A DNA stretch of 64,000 nt from contig JAILJP010000114.1 of the NCBI GenBank assembly GCA_024694625.1, positions 10,160 through 74,159 of the forward strand. The letters run 5' to 3'. This document shows positions 28,716-38,621 of this stretch, piece by piece (within the stretch, counting starts at the first letter, position 1; each line of letters begins with the position of its first letter). The translations under genes and the position numbers were made by a program. The stretch is from Lachnospiraceae bacterium (lineage in GTDB: Bacteria > Bacillota > Clostridia > Lachnospirales > Lachnospiraceae). The notes beneath the pieces were generated by a model, which worked only from the letters and a program-made list of their open reading frames with translations, did not search any database and was not told where the DNA came from.

Positions 28716-29465
28716 CTACCTCTGTTCTTTCTTTCTTATCTTTCGCTCTTCCTCGAAAATATATCGAATGATTGATTCCTGCATTTTGGATTCTTTAAAA
28801 ATAAATTTAAAACGGTATGAATAATTCTTGGAATCCGGCACCTTTTGTACCGCAATCAGCTTCGCCAATAATTCAACCTTTTGCTCCTCCCCACGATTTT
28901 CTATAAAGAATTCAAGGAAACAATAATTTACATCTTCAATTTTTTGTTCGCAGACGGCTCTTAAACCGCCGCCACTTATATCTACGATCATTCCGGAAAG
29001 TTTTGGATGGCGAATGGCCTCTTCCGGATCATCCAAAATCATATAGATTTCGTTCATATCATCTATATGTTCCACATAATCTTCCATACCTTTAAACACC
29101 AAAGGCATTAAACAATTCAATCGATAATACTCACGTCTTTGGAAACGTTCAAGCTTTGTAGTTAATTCCGCACGGAGAAGATAAAAGTTCCCTCTTTTGA
29201 ATCTTTCTCGTATGGTACCTGTGGCTTTATACATTCCGTTTTCAGATATAAATATAAACTCGTAACGCAGATTAACAGGTAAAAGTAATAACTTGCCTTC
29301 TCGTGTAGGCATATCTAACTCTAAATAACCGTCATCGGTTATATCAAATATTCGACTGACAAAAACTCTTGCTTCATCATTTTGATTACGTTCTCGATTG
29401 GCCTCTTGAGCCAATCGTATGTTTACCTTTTGACCCGGTTTTATTTCTTTAAAAACCATAATCAA
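28716..29465 (-). CDS. YcgR/MotI-like PilZ-domain flagellar brake protein
   Basis: A PilZN-like N-terminal half and a C-terminal PilZ domain with intact c-di-GMP motifs RxxxR (QRREYYR) and DxSxxG (DISGGG). Confidence 0.8.
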   Translation of the reverse strand: MIMVFKEIKPGQKVNIRLAQEANRERNQNDEARVFVSRIFDITDDGYLELDMPTREGKLLLLPVNLRYEFIFISENGMYKATGTIRERFKRGNFYLLRAELTTKLERFQRREYYRLNCLMPLVFKGMEDYVEHIDDMNEIYMILDDPEEAIRHPKLSGMIVDISGGGLRAVCEQKIEDVNYCFLEFFIENRGEEQKVELLAKLIAVQKVPDSKNYSYRFKFIFKESKMQESIIRYIFEEERKIRKKEQR

Positions 29466-29468
29466 CTC

Positions 29469-30338
29469 CTATTTTTTTATGAAGCTATTGAAAAATCGGA
29501 ACAACCCCTGGCTGCTTCGGTCAGAAAGTTCATTTCCCAATAGTTTGTTTGCCAGATCATAATAGGCTCTGGCAGATTTAGAAGCAGGTGACGAAAGAGA
29601 AACGATTTGCTGATTTCGTACTGCTGTTTCTAATATTGTATCATAAGGAATGTTTCCTAGGTAGTTAAGATTTCCGTTTAAAAACTTTTTTACAACGGAA
29701 TTTAATTTGGTATATACAGCCTTTCCTTCATCTTCTGTGGTAACCTTATTTGCTACCACATGAATACGAGGCTGATTTTGCTGATATTCCTTATTTTTGT
29801 ATACTGATTTAACCAATGAATAGGCGTCTGTAATGGAACTGGGTTCTGGAGTGGTGATTAAAAGTACATCCGGACTGGAAAGTACAAACTCCAAAACAGT
29901 ATCGGATACGCCTGCTCCTGTATCAATGAGCAATATGTCGCAATAATTGTTTAATTCCGATAATCCATAGATTACACCGTTTAATTGGTCTTTGTTTAAA
30001 TTGTTTAATTGTAAGATGCCGGAACCTCCGGAAATAAACCCGATTCCTTCTGGTCCTTCAGTAATAATATCGGATAATTCTAAATCTCCGAACACATAAT
30101 CAGAAAGATTGTGCTTGGGGATTGTACCAAACATAACTTCCACATTAGCGGTACCGAAATCTGCATCTAGAATTATAACACGTTTTCCTAATTTCCGAAA
30201 ATGCAAGGCCAGATTTACAGCGGTATTTGACTTCCCTACGCCGCCCTTTCCGGAAGTAATAGTGAAAATCTTAGCCTCCTGGACCATATTAACATTTTGG
30301 GCCTTTACTACATTTCGAAGAGACTGGGCCTGATCCAT
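29469..30338 (-). CDS. flhG: MinD/ParA-type flagellar number/placement ATPase FlhG (YlxH)
   Basis: Deviant Walker A SGKGGVGKSNTAVN and the N-terminal DQAxxLR FlhF-activating motif (MDQAQSLRN). It follows flhF. Confidence 0.9.
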   Translation of the reverse strand: MDQAQSLRNVVKAQNVNMVQEAKIFTITSGKGGVGKSNTAVNLALHFRKLGKRVIILDADFGTANVEVMFGTIPKHNLSDYVFGDLELSDIITEGPEGIGFISGGSGILQLNNLNKDQLNGVIYGLSELNNYCDILLIDTGAGVSDTVLEFVLSSPDVLLITTPEPSSITDAYSLVKSVYKNKEYQQNQPRIHVVANKVTTEDEGKAVYTKLNSVVKKFLNGNLNYLGNIPYDTILETAVRNQQIVSLSSPASKSARAYYDLANKLLGNELSDRSSQGLFRFFNSFIKK

Positions 30339-31610
30339 TTATTGACCTCCCAAAAGCTGTTTCACAATTTTTTGAGAATCGATGATTTCAATGTCATCGG
30401 GAACATTTTGTCCTGTAGTAACATAAGACAAATCGGAATTCGTGTACAATTTCATGTTTAGAATATTTCCGTATGCTCCTGTCTCATCCAATTTCGTAAA
30501 GATTAATTTGAAATTTGTAAAGGTTTTATAAGTATCAACGATTTCTTTTAAATCATGGTATTTGGTGGTTGCAGACAATACAAGATAGATTTCCTTTTCG
30601 TATTCGTCAAAAACCGTAGCCAAAAGTTTCTTTAAATCGTCTTTTTGTACCTGGTTTTTGTGAGAAAAACCTGCGGTATCAACCAAAACCAAATCCATAT
30701 CTGAATACTTTGCAACTTCGTTATTGAAGTCTTCTACATCGTATACAATGGATACCGGTGCAGACAGAATATCCGCATAGACACTTAACTGATCGGTTGC
30801 AGCGATTCGATAGGTATCTGTAGTAATAAAAGCAACGTTTTTCTTTTGCTCAATTTTGAATTTTGATGCAATCTTTGCAATGGTAGTTGTTTTACCTACG
30901 CCGGTAGGTCCGATTACAAAGATAATTTTAGGCTTCTTTTCAGAAAGTGTAATTACACTGGGTTTTCCAAATTTTAACACCAGCTTTTGGTATACATTGG
31001 AAATTAAATAATCCAAGCTGCTACCAGAGGTGAGAACGTTGTCCAAATCATCCAAAATCTGGTTTACATATTTTTCATCTACTTCGTTGTCCATTAAAAT
31101 GTTATATAGCATTTTCAAAAAGCCAAGCTGCTCTTTGTGATTCAAGGATGTAGGTTGAGATGTACGAGGTGTAGTTACAGGCAAAGTACCTGTATTTTGC
31201 TGATTCATTTCAGAAAAAGGCACAAAAGGCTTTTGAACAGCTTCAGCTTTTTCTACCATTTCACTGATTTCACGAAAAGCACTTTTTAAATCCTGCTCGT
31301 TTACATTGGGAGAAACCACCGGTGTTTCCGGCTGCTTTATAGGCTGAAGGTCAATTGCTTCATCTGCCACTGCAGAAAAGTGATTTCCAAATGTCTCTGG
31401 TTTCTTTTCAGGAATTGGAGAAAAGGTACGGTTTTGCTCGGCTTCTTCAATGGCGGCAGTAACCTCAAACATAGGGGCTTTAAAGATTCCAAAGAATCCC
31501 CCTTGCTTTTGCTCTTTAATATTCATAATTACAACTTGATTTCCAAGTTCTGCTTTTGCAGCTGCAATTGCTTCTTCTTTTGTTTTTCCGATGAATTTCT
31601 TGATTGTCAT
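30339..31610 (-). CDS. flhF: flagellar SRP-type GTPase FlhF
   Basis: Motifs GPTGVGKTTTIAK, DTAG and TKLDE, with an N-terminal B-domain. Confidence 0.92.
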   Translation of the reverse strand: MTIKKFIGKTKEEAIAAAKAELGNQVVIMNIKEQKQGGFFGIFKAPMFEVTAAIEEAEQNRTFSPIPEKKPETFGNHFSAVADEAIDLQPIKQPETPVVSPNVNEQDLKSAFREISEMVEKAEAVQKPFVPFSEMNQQNTGTLPVTTPRTSQPTSLNHKEQLGFLKMLYNILMDNEVDEKYVNQILDDLDNVLTSGSSLDYLISNVYQKLVLKFGKPSVITLSEKKPKIIFVIGPTGVGKTTTIAKIASKFKIEQKKNVAFITTDTYRIAATDQLSVYADILSAPVSIVYDVEDFNNEVAKYSDMDLVLVDTAGFSHKNQVQKDDLKKLLATVFDEYEKEIYLVLSATTKYHDLKEIVDTYKTFTNFKLIFTKLDETGAYGNILNMKLYTNSDLSYVTTGQNVPDDIEIIDSQKIVKQLLGGQ

Positions 31611-31611
31611 T

Positions 31612-33657
31612 TTACGCTGTTACCATTCCTACTGATTTTAGTTCCACATTTGACTCAACTTCATTATATGATACTACGATTAAATCATCAAAGTAATCAT
31701 CTGCCAGTTTCTTGAAGTACATTCTTACAATAGGTGAACAAACTATGATGGGGGTTCTTCCCTGATCTTCCATTTTTTTCATTTGCTCGCCGCAATTGTC
31801 CATAATGGCACGTACTCTTTGAGGATCCAAGGTGAGGTAAGCTCCCTGTTCGGTCTGCTTAATGGAGGACATAATCTCCTGTTCTACCTTTGGATCAACG
31901 GTAATTACATAATTTTCTTCATTGGGGGCAAAATATCGGCCGGAAATGGCACGTTTTAAGCCCTGTCTTACATATTCGGTTAAAACATCCGTATCTCTTG
32001 TGGCGGAGGCTCTATCCGCTAATATTTCAAAGATTGAAAGCAAATCTCGAATGGAGATGCCTTCTTTCAAGAGGTTTTGAAGAATCTTTTGTACTTCTCC
32101 AAGGCCCAACAAAGAAGGAATCAATTCGTCTACCAATACTGGATTTGTTTCTTTCAAATTGTCTACAAGGTTTTGTACATCCTGACGGGTCAAAAGTTCA
32201 GAAATATGACTTCGGATTACTTCCGTAAGGTGGGTTGCAATAATGGAAGGAGGATCAACTACGGTGTAGCCCAAACTTTCCGCACGCTCTCTTTGGGATT
32301 CGGAAATCCATAGTGCAGGCAAATGGAAGGAAGGTTCGAAGGTTTCAATACCGGTAATCTCTTCTTCTACATATCCGGGGTTCATGGCCATATAGTGGTC
32401 AAACATAATCTCCCCTTCTGTCACCTGAATACCTTTGATTTTAATAATATATTGGTTGGGATTCAGCTGAATATTGTCTCGTAAACGGATAATGGGCACT
32501 ACAGTACCAAGTTCCAAGGCAATCTGCCGTCGAATCATAACCACACGGTCCAATAAATCTCCGCCTTGGTTTACGTCGGCAAGAGGAATAATTCCGTAAC
32601 CAAATTCCAATTCGATGGGATCCACAGACAAAAGGGAAACCACGTTTTCTGGCCGTCGTATCTCTTCTGCAGCCTCTTCCTCTTCCTGTACTTCCGCTTC
32701 GATGCTTTCCACTCCAAGAGTTTTTTGCATATTGTAACCAACAAGAAGCATAATACCTCCAAAGGCAACAAACAAAGGTGTACTTAAAGGTGTTGAGAAG
32801 GCTAAGAAAACCATTACAAAGCCTACGATAAACATAACCTTTGGAAGACCAAAAAGCTGTTTGACCAAAGTTCCAGAGAAATCTGCACTTTTGGCACCTT
32901 TGGTAATCAAAATACCGGTTGCCAAGGAAATTGCCAAAGAGGGAATCTGAGAAGAAAGTCCATCACCGATGGTTAACAAACCATATTGGTTAATGGCATC
33001 GACCACAGACATACCCTGTCGAGTAACTCCCATGATGGTTCCACCCAAAAGGTTAACAAAGGTGATAATCAGACCTGCGGTAGCATCTCCTTTTACGTAC
33101 TTCGTAGCACCGTCCATAGAACCAAAGAAAGAAGATTCGTCTTGAAGTTTTTGTCTTTGTGCGGATGCTTCCTGATCTGTAATTGCACCGGTATTCAAAT
33201 CCGCATCGATGGCCATCTGCTTACCGGGCATAGCATCCAAGGTAAATCGTGCCGTTACTTCAGCTACACGCTCAGAACCTTTATTGATTACCACGAACTG
33301 AATAATAATCAAAATGATAAATACAATGGCACCAATAATAATGTCGCCGCCACCAACGAACTGTCCAAAAGTGGTGACTACGTTACCGGGATTACCGGTA
33401 GAAAGAATTAATCTTGTGGACGAAACGTTTAGGGAAATTCGAAAAATTGTTGTAAACAAAAGAATGGTAGGAAAATTTCCCATATCTAATACTTCCTGAA
33501 CAAAAAGACAGTTCATTAATACAATGAGTGCAAAGGAAATATTTAATGCCAGCATGGCATCCAACAAAAAAGAAGGAATGGGCACAATGAAAAATACAAT
33601 CGCCGCCAACAAGTATACAGCAATTCCTACGTCGGTTTTCTTAACGGCAAAATCCAT
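31612..33657 (-). CDS. flhA: flagellar export gate protein FlhA
   Basis: 681 aa. FHIPEP region RFTLDAMPGKQMAIDADL, a multi-TM N-terminus and a large cytoplasmic C-domain. Confidence 0.97.
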   Translation of the reverse strand: MDFAVKKTDVGIAVYLLAAIVFFIVPIPSFLLDAMLALNISFALIVLMNCLFVQEVLDMGNFPTILLFTTIFRISLNVSSTRLILSTGNPGNVVTTFGQFVGGGDIIIGAIVFIILIIIQFVVINKGSERVAEVTARFTLDAMPGKQMAIDADLNTGAITDQEASAQRQKLQDESSFFGSMDGATKYVKGDATAGLIITFVNLLGGTIMGVTRQGMSVVDAINQYGLLTIGDGLSSQIPSLAISLATGILITKGAKSADFSGTLVKQLFGLPKVMFIVGFVMVFLAFSTPLSTPLFVAFGGIMLLVGYNMQKTLGVESIEAEVQEEEEAAEEIRRPENVVSLLSVDPIELEFGYGIIPLADVNQGGDLLDRVVMIRRQIALELGTVVPIIRLRDNIQLNPNQYIIKIKGIQVTEGEIMFDHYMAMNPGYVEEEITGIETFEPSFHLPALWISESQRERAESLGYTVVDPPSIIATHLTEVIRSHISELLTRQDVQNLVDNLKETNPVLVDELIPSLLGLGEVQKILQNLLKEGISIRDLLSIFEILADRASATRDTDVLTEYVRQGLKRAISGRYFAPNEENYVITVDPKVEQEIMSSIKQTEQGAYLTLDPQRVRAIMDNCGEQMKKMEDQGRTPIIVCSPIVRMYFKKLADDYFDDLIVVSYNEVESNVELKSVGMVTA

Positions 33658-33688
33658 ATGCTTCCTCCTTCCTTATTTATTCAAAAAA

Positions 33689-34798
33689 CTATGCTCTTCT
33701 ACCTTTTGACTGGTAAACAACAGCCAGAATTTCGGCTACAGCCTGATACAATTCCGGTGGAATCTGCTCTCCCACGTCTACGGTAGTATAAATTGAACGA
33801 GCCAACATTTTATTTTCTTTAATTACTACGTTATTCTCTCTGGCGATTTCTTTGATTTTTTGAGCCAGATACTCTTCACCTTTTGCCACTACAATGGGGG
33901 CAGGTGCTTTTTCAATATCGTATTTTATTGCAACTGCAATATGGGTCGGGTTTGTAATAACCACATCCGCCTGAGGTACGGATTGCATCATACGTCTTTG
34001 AGAAGCTTCTCTCATTCGTTGGCGCTGCTTTCCTTTAATCTGAGGATCTCCTTCGGCGTTTTTATACTCGTCTTTGACTTCCTGCTTGGTCATCTTTAGG
34101 TCTTTTTTGTATTTCCACTTATGGTAAATGAAATCTGCAAACCCTACCACCAATAACACAAGGCTTATGCGAAGCCCGATATCTAAAACCAAAGTACCTA
34201 TTTGCGCAATGGCAGCATAAAGTGGCACTTCATAAAGGATAAATAATTCGTTAACATGATCTTTGATCATGGTGTAAGCAATAATAAAAATAACTGCAAT
34301 CTTCGCCAAGGACAGGAGAAGATTTACAATGGATTGCATAGAAAACATGCGCTTAAAGCCATTGACTGGATTGAACTTGTCCAACTTTGGCTTTAATGGT
34401 TCCGCAGAAACCTGAAATTTAAACTGCAATCCGTTACTTAATACGGCAACCAAAAATCCTACAGCCAAAAAAGGAGCCAAAATCAAAAACATCTGTAAGA
34501 TTCCGTAGAGTAAAAGATTTCCAGTGGAACGAATGGTAAGTCCGCTTCCATCGCTTTTTACCAGCTGTGGAATCATATAGGTGTAAGCCCAAGTAAACAA
34601 ATCTATAAAATGGTCGCCTATATATTTTACAAAGATTCGAATGGACAAAAACGCTGCAATCAGTTCTATTGCATGAGACAATTCCTGACTTTTTCCTACC
34701 TGACCTTTTTTTCTGGCATCTTCCAGTTTTTTACTGGTAGGTTCTTCGGTTTTGTCATCTCCAAACATTTGGAGGTCGTATTTTAATACGGTTTCCAA
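33689..34798 (-). CDS. flhB: flagellar export switch protein FlhB
   Basis: N-terminal DLQMFGDDKTEEPTSKKLEDARKKGQV and the NPTH autocleavage site (VITNPTHIAVAI). Confidence 0.96.
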   Translation of the reverse strand: METVLKYDLQMFGDDKTEEPTSKKLEDARKKGQVGKSQELSHAIELIAAFLSIRIFVKYIGDHFIDLFTWAYTYMIPQLVKSDGSGLTIRSTGNLLLYGILQMFLILAPFLAVGFLVAVLSNGLQFKFQVSAEPLKPKLDKFNPVNGFKRMFSMQSIVNLLLSLAKIAVIFIIAYTMIKDHVNELFILYEVPLYAAIAQIGTLVLDIGLRISLVLLVVGFADFIYHKWKYKKDLKMTKQEVKDEYKNAEGDPQIKGKQRQRMREASQRRMMQSVPQADVVITNPTHIAVAIKYDIEKAPAPIVVAKGEEYLAQKIKEIARENNVVIKENKMLARSIYTTVDVGEQIPPELYQAVAEILAVVYQSKGRRA

Positions 34799-34799
34799 A

Positions 34800-35576
34800 T
34801 CAATACATTCCTTCCACTACATTTCTCATCATGGTGCTCATTTGCTGGAAAATATAGTTACAAATTTCCGGAAATAAAAATATCATTACGTATAGCACGC
34901 ATAATCCGGCCAAAATTTTTATCTGAATGCCAACAGAGAACATATTCATCTGCTGGGCTACTTTTGCCATAATACCTAAAACACAGTTCATGATTAACAT
35001 GGTGGCAAACACCGGTAAAAATATACGAAAACCAATGACGAATACATTTGTCATATACTGCGTCATGGATTTAAGCAATACGTCGGTTTCAAATTCTGCC
35101 CCACCTAAGGGAATCAGAGTAAAAGAATCCACGATGGCACGCACCACAAACTGATACATATTGGTTATGATGAAAAAAAGCATCATAAAATAATAATACA
35201 GGTTTCCCGTAATCGTTACCTGCGCATTGAAGTTCGGATCATATTCCTGTGCCATACCGATACCAATATCCACATCAATTATGTTTCCGGCAAACAGTAT
35301 AATCGAACTACAAATATAGGCAGAAAAACCAATCAGTAAACCTGTAATCGCTTCTTTCAGAACCAAAACAGAATATCCTAAAGTAGTCATGTAAGATACT
35401 TCTGTAGGTTCTATCGTATAAAGGACCATAATTGCGATAATGCAACTCAATCCGATTTTTGACTGAGCCGGGACTGCCCTGTCGCTAAACATGGGGGCTA
35501 CGAAAAAAAACGTTGCCAACCGAACCAATATCAGCAAAAAGTATTCAAAATTAACTAAAGAAAACGTAAAATTCAT
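34800..35576 (-). CDS. fliR: flagellar export apparatus protein FliR
   Basis: A 258-aa polytopic protein positioned between fliQ and flhB. Confidence 0.9.
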   Translation of the reverse strand: MNFTFSLVNFEYFLLILVRLATFFFVAPMFSDRAVPAQSKIGLSCIIAIMVLYTIEPTEVSYMTTLGYSVLVLKEAITGLLIGFSAYICSSIILFAGNIIDVDIGIGMAQEYDPNFNAQVTITGNLYYYFMMLFFIITNMYQFVVRAIVDSFTLIPLGGAEFETDVLLKSMTQYMTNVFVIGFRIFLPVFATMLIMNCVLGIMAKVAQQMNMFSVGIQIKILAGLCVLYVMIFLFPEICNYIFQQMSTMMRNVVEGMY

Positions 35577-35578
35577 AG

Positions 35579-35848
35579 TTACCTAATGTATATAGAAAAA
35601 TCCGTCCACAATCGATTGATATATTCCAATAATGTATTCATAATAAAAGAACCAAATACGATTAAGGCTAAAAAGGTCGCTATAATCTTTGGAATAAAGG
35701 TCAAGGTCTGCTCCTGAATGGAAGTCACTGTTTGAAAAATACTGACTACCAAACCTACGACCAGCGAAACCAGTAACATAGGCGCTGCACATACAATCAT
35801 CGTATAAAATGCATCACGCATAATATCCAATACCTGTCCTTCAGTCAC
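35579..35848 (-). CDS. fliQ: flagellar export apparatus protein FliQ
   Basis: 89 aa, 2 TM, with AAPMLLVSLVVGLVVSIFQTVTSIQEQTLTFIPK. Confidence 0.93.
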   Translation of the reverse strand: MTEGQVLDIMRDAFYTMIVCAAPMLLVSLVVGLVVSIFQTVTSIQEQTLTFIPKIIATFLALIVFGSFIMNTLLEYINRLWTDFSIYIR

Positions 35849-35860
35849 GAAAGCGCCTCC

Positions 35861-36679
35861 TTAGTAAAACGTCTTAACCAAACTTCCTATTACAAGATTC
35901 CATCCATCTGCCAATACAAACAAAAGTATTTTGAAGGGCAATGAAATCGTTGTAGGGGGTAACATCATCATACCCATGGACATAAGTACGGATGCTACTA
36001 CCATATCAATAATAATAAACGGTATATAAATCAAAAATCCAATAATAAAACCGGTACGAAGCTCAGATAGAATAAAGCTGGGTACCAATATGGTCAAAGG
36101 AACATCATCATAATCCTCGTATGTGACATCAGCTATATCACAAAAGAGAGTCAAATCCTTTGTTTGTGTCTGACCATACATAAACTCACGAACAGGAAGC
36201 TCAATTTGTTCGATTGCTTCTTCCTGGGTAATTGTTCCTTCATCCAATGGTTTTATTGCATTCTCGTTAATAGTTGTTATGGTTGGCCACATAATAAACA
36301 ATGTCAGAAAAAGAGCCAAACCAATTATAACCTGGTTTGGCGGTGAGGTTTGAGTTCCCACTGCAATACGTACAAAATGCAACACAACTATAATTCTCGT
36401 AAAAGATGTAAACATCATAAGAATTGTTGGTGCCAAAGCCAGAACCGTAAGTACAAGCAATATCTCTACTGTTGAAGATAAAGAACCGGTGTCTCCATCA
36501 AAAGAAAGAGTAAAACCATTCCCGCCTGTAGTGGTATCAGATGCATTGGGCGCATTGTCTGTCGGGCCATATTCTGTTGCATAAACAGGATGAACAACGA
36601 TCAACGATAAGCACAAAGAAACCATAAGAACTGCAAAAATCATACTGATTTTGCAATATAATTTTTTAAACTTCTTCAT
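35861..36679 (-). CDS. fliP: flagellar export apparatus protein FliP
   Basis: A signal-like N-terminus and conserved FliP blocks (MFTSFTRIIVVLHFVRIAVGTQTSPPNQVIIGLALFLT, SELRTGFIIGFLIYIPF). Confidence 0.95.
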   Translation of the reverse strand: MKKFKKLYCKISMIFAVLMVSLCLSLIVVHPVYATEYGPTDNAPNASDTTTGGNGFTLSFDGDTGSLSSTVEILLVLTVLALAPTILMMFTSFTRIIVVLHFVRIAVGTQTSPPNQVIIGLALFLTLFIMWPTITTINENAIKPLDEGTITQEEAIEQIELPVREFMYGQTQTKDLTLFCDIADVTYEDYDDVPLTILVPSFILSELRTGFIIGFLIYIPFIIIDMVVASVLMSMGMMMLPPTTISLPFKILLFVLADGWNLVIGSLVKTFY

Positions 36680-36686
36680 AATGTGC

Positions 36687-37058
36687 CTACTTTGATTGTG
36701 CCTGTTTGTCTAAATGAAATTTGTTCAAAATATCATTAAAATTTCTGGAAGGAGTCTGTATCTCTGATCTGTCTTTCAGTTCTTCTTCGGTAAGTTCACC
36801 AATGAAGGTAACAGTCTCCTTTCCAAGAGCAATTGTATAATACTTGTTTTTTCCAACCTTAAGAATCATAAGCCGATGATTCGGTCCCATATTGTACGTA
36901 TCAATCACTTCAAAATTTGAATATGGATTGCTGTTTTGATTGTGCATATAATTGGCAATCCATTTTGTAGCAAAGGCTGTTAAAAACAGCACACCAATAA
37001 AAATGACCAATACAACAACAAATTGATAAATACTGCCGCCTAAGGATGAAAGTATCAT
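36687..37058 (-). CDS. fliO: flagellar biosynthesis protein FliO/FliZ
   Basis: A 123-aa single-TM protein immediately upstream of fliP, with the Bacillus FliZ-like pattern (RLMILKVGKNKYYTIALGKE). Confidence 0.75.
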   Translation of the reverse strand: MILSSLGGSIYQFVVVLVIFIGVLFLTAFATKWIANYMHNQNSNPYSNFEVIDTYNMGPNHRLMILKVGKNKYYTIALGKETVTFIGELTEEELKDRSEIQTPSRNFNDILNKFHLDKQAQSK

Positions 37059-37060
37059 AA

Positions 37061-37423
37061 TTAGCCGATTACCTTTTTAACAGCTTCCAATACACGTTCA
37101 GCCTGGAAAGGCTTTACGATGAAATCCTTTGCGCCGGACTGAATAGCTTCAATAACCATTGCCTGCTGTCCCATTGCGGAACACATAATTACGGAAGCAT
37201 TGGGATCCTTTTCTTTGATTCCTTTTAAAGCTCCAATACCATCCATCTCAGGCATTGTAATATCCATCAAAACCAAATCAGGATTACATTCAGAATAAGC
37301 TTCTATTGCCTTAACTCCGTTTTCAGCTTCTCCTACAACGTTGTAGCCATTCTTTGTAAGAATGTCCTTAATCATCATTCTCATAAAAGCTGCATCATCA
37401 CAAATAAGAATATTCTTTGCCAT
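37061..37423 (-). CDS. cheY: chemotaxis response regulator CheY
   Basis: Motifs ILICDDAAFMR, LVLMDITMPEMDG and IVKPF. The ORF extends to 37432, but GGGAG abuts that ATG. The second ATG (MAKNIL) lies 9 nt from the SD, so I call 37423. Confidence 0.93.
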   Translation of the reverse strand: MAKNILICDDAAFMRMMIKDILTKNGYNVVGEAENGVKAIEAYSECNPDLVLMDITMPEMDGIGALKGIKEKDPNASVIMCSAMGQQAMVIEAIQSGAKDFIVKPFQAERVLEAVKKVIG

Positions 37424-37439
37424 TTTTAACATCTCCCTT

Positions 37440-38621
37440 TTATTTCATAATTTCTGTTATTCGGATACCGAAGGATTCTTCGATAACAACTACTTCGCCT
37501 TTAGCTACATATTTTCCATTGACCAAAACGTCAATTGGTTCACCTGCGATTTTATTTAATTCTATAATTGTTCCGGGGGCAAAGTCAAGAATATCATGAA
37601 TAGATTTATGTGTTCTACCCAATTCTACGGTGACTTCTAGAGGAACATCCATAATTAAATCAATGTTTTCCGGTGAATAAGCCATAGCGTAATTTCCGGA
37701 AAATTGTGTAAATTGTGCCGGCTGTACATTTACAGGCTGTTGCTGTGGCTGTCCCATCATAGGCATTCCCATTTGAGGTGCTGCCATTGGCGGAGGTGCT
37801 GCAGCTGCCGGTGCAGGAGAAGGTGCTGCTGGAGCACTTTCCGGTGCTGGTGCCGGTGCAGGTTCCGGAGGTAATTCGGAAGCTCCAAACGCATCATCAT
37901 CCACAGTTGAAGCGGAGTCACTTTCCATATTGGAAGCAACATTTGAGCACATGCTCTTCGCCAATTCAATGGGATACAACTGCATAATTTTGGAATCAAC
38001 CAATTCTCCGATTAACAGTTTAAATTCAATTTTAACGAATCTACCACGAAGGAAGTCGTCAATCTCTTTCGCCTCATCGGAGTTTTGTAAATCAATTAAA
38101 TCCGATGTCGGTGGACTGATATCCACCATCATGTTCAACATGGAAGACAATGATGTTGCGGAAGAACCCATCATCTGGTTCATGGCTTCGGAAATAGCCG
38201 ACAAATGAATCTCACCGATTTCACCTTCGGTATTGGTTCCGTCTCCTCCCATCATTAGGTCTGTAATTATTTTAACATCTTCTTCACGTAAAACCAACAC
38301 ATTTGAACCATTCAGCCCCTTGGTATAACCAATCTTTACTAAAACGCAAGGTTTTTCGTACTGAGTGATTATATCATCCCAAGTAGATGTGGATACTACA
38401 GGTGTTGATATTTCAACCCGCTTGTTCACCAATGAGAATAGCGTTGTTGCTGCTGTTCCCATGGAGATGTTCGCTACTTCCCCAATTGTGTCTTTTTCTA
38501 ATTCAGTTAAACCCTCGTCGCCGCCTGCATCTCCACCGGCATCTCCGGTTGCTTCCGCTTCGGCTGCGGCGTTATTGAACAGGGCGTTTATCTCTTCCTG
38601 AGATAGTGAAGTATCACCCAT
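37440..38621 (-). CDS. fliY: flagellar switch protein/phosphatase FliY (CheC-like + FliN domain)
   Basis: CheC-type motifs DTIGEVAN and SAISEAMN, a P/A/Q-rich linker, and a C-terminal FliN/SpoA domain (VPLEVTVELGRT...GEPIDVLVNGKYVAKGEVVV). Confidence 0.93.
   Translation of the reverse strand: MGDTSLSQEEINALFNNAAAEAEATGDAGGDAGGDEGLTELEKDTIGEVANISMGTAATTLFSLVNKRVEISTPVVSTSTWDDIITQYEKPCVLVKIGYTKGLNGSNVLVLREEDVKIITDLMMGGDGTNTEGEIGEIHLSAISEAMNQMMGSSATSLSSMLNMMVDISPPTSDLIDLQNSDEAKEIDDFLRGRFVKIEFKLLIGELVDSKIMQLYPIELAKSMCSNVASNMESDSASTVDDDAFGASELPPEPAPAPAPESAPAAPSPAPAAAAPPPMAAPQMGMPMMGQPQQQPVNVQPAQFTQFSGNYAMAYSPENIDLIMDVPLEVTVELGRTHKSIHDILDFAPGTIIELNKIAGEPIDVLVNGKYVAKGEVVVIEESFGIRITEIMK

Noticed and set aside
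35503-35510. Homopolymeric tracts as possible phase-variation switches: A8/T8 in fliR (35503-35510), T8 in the DUF815 gene (~3833-3840), and C7/G7 in comM (~59439-59445)
   Set aside because: In a ~38% GC genome a few 7-8-nt runs are expected by chance in 64 kb. All the ORFs are intact, and there is no evidence of variability from a single sequence.
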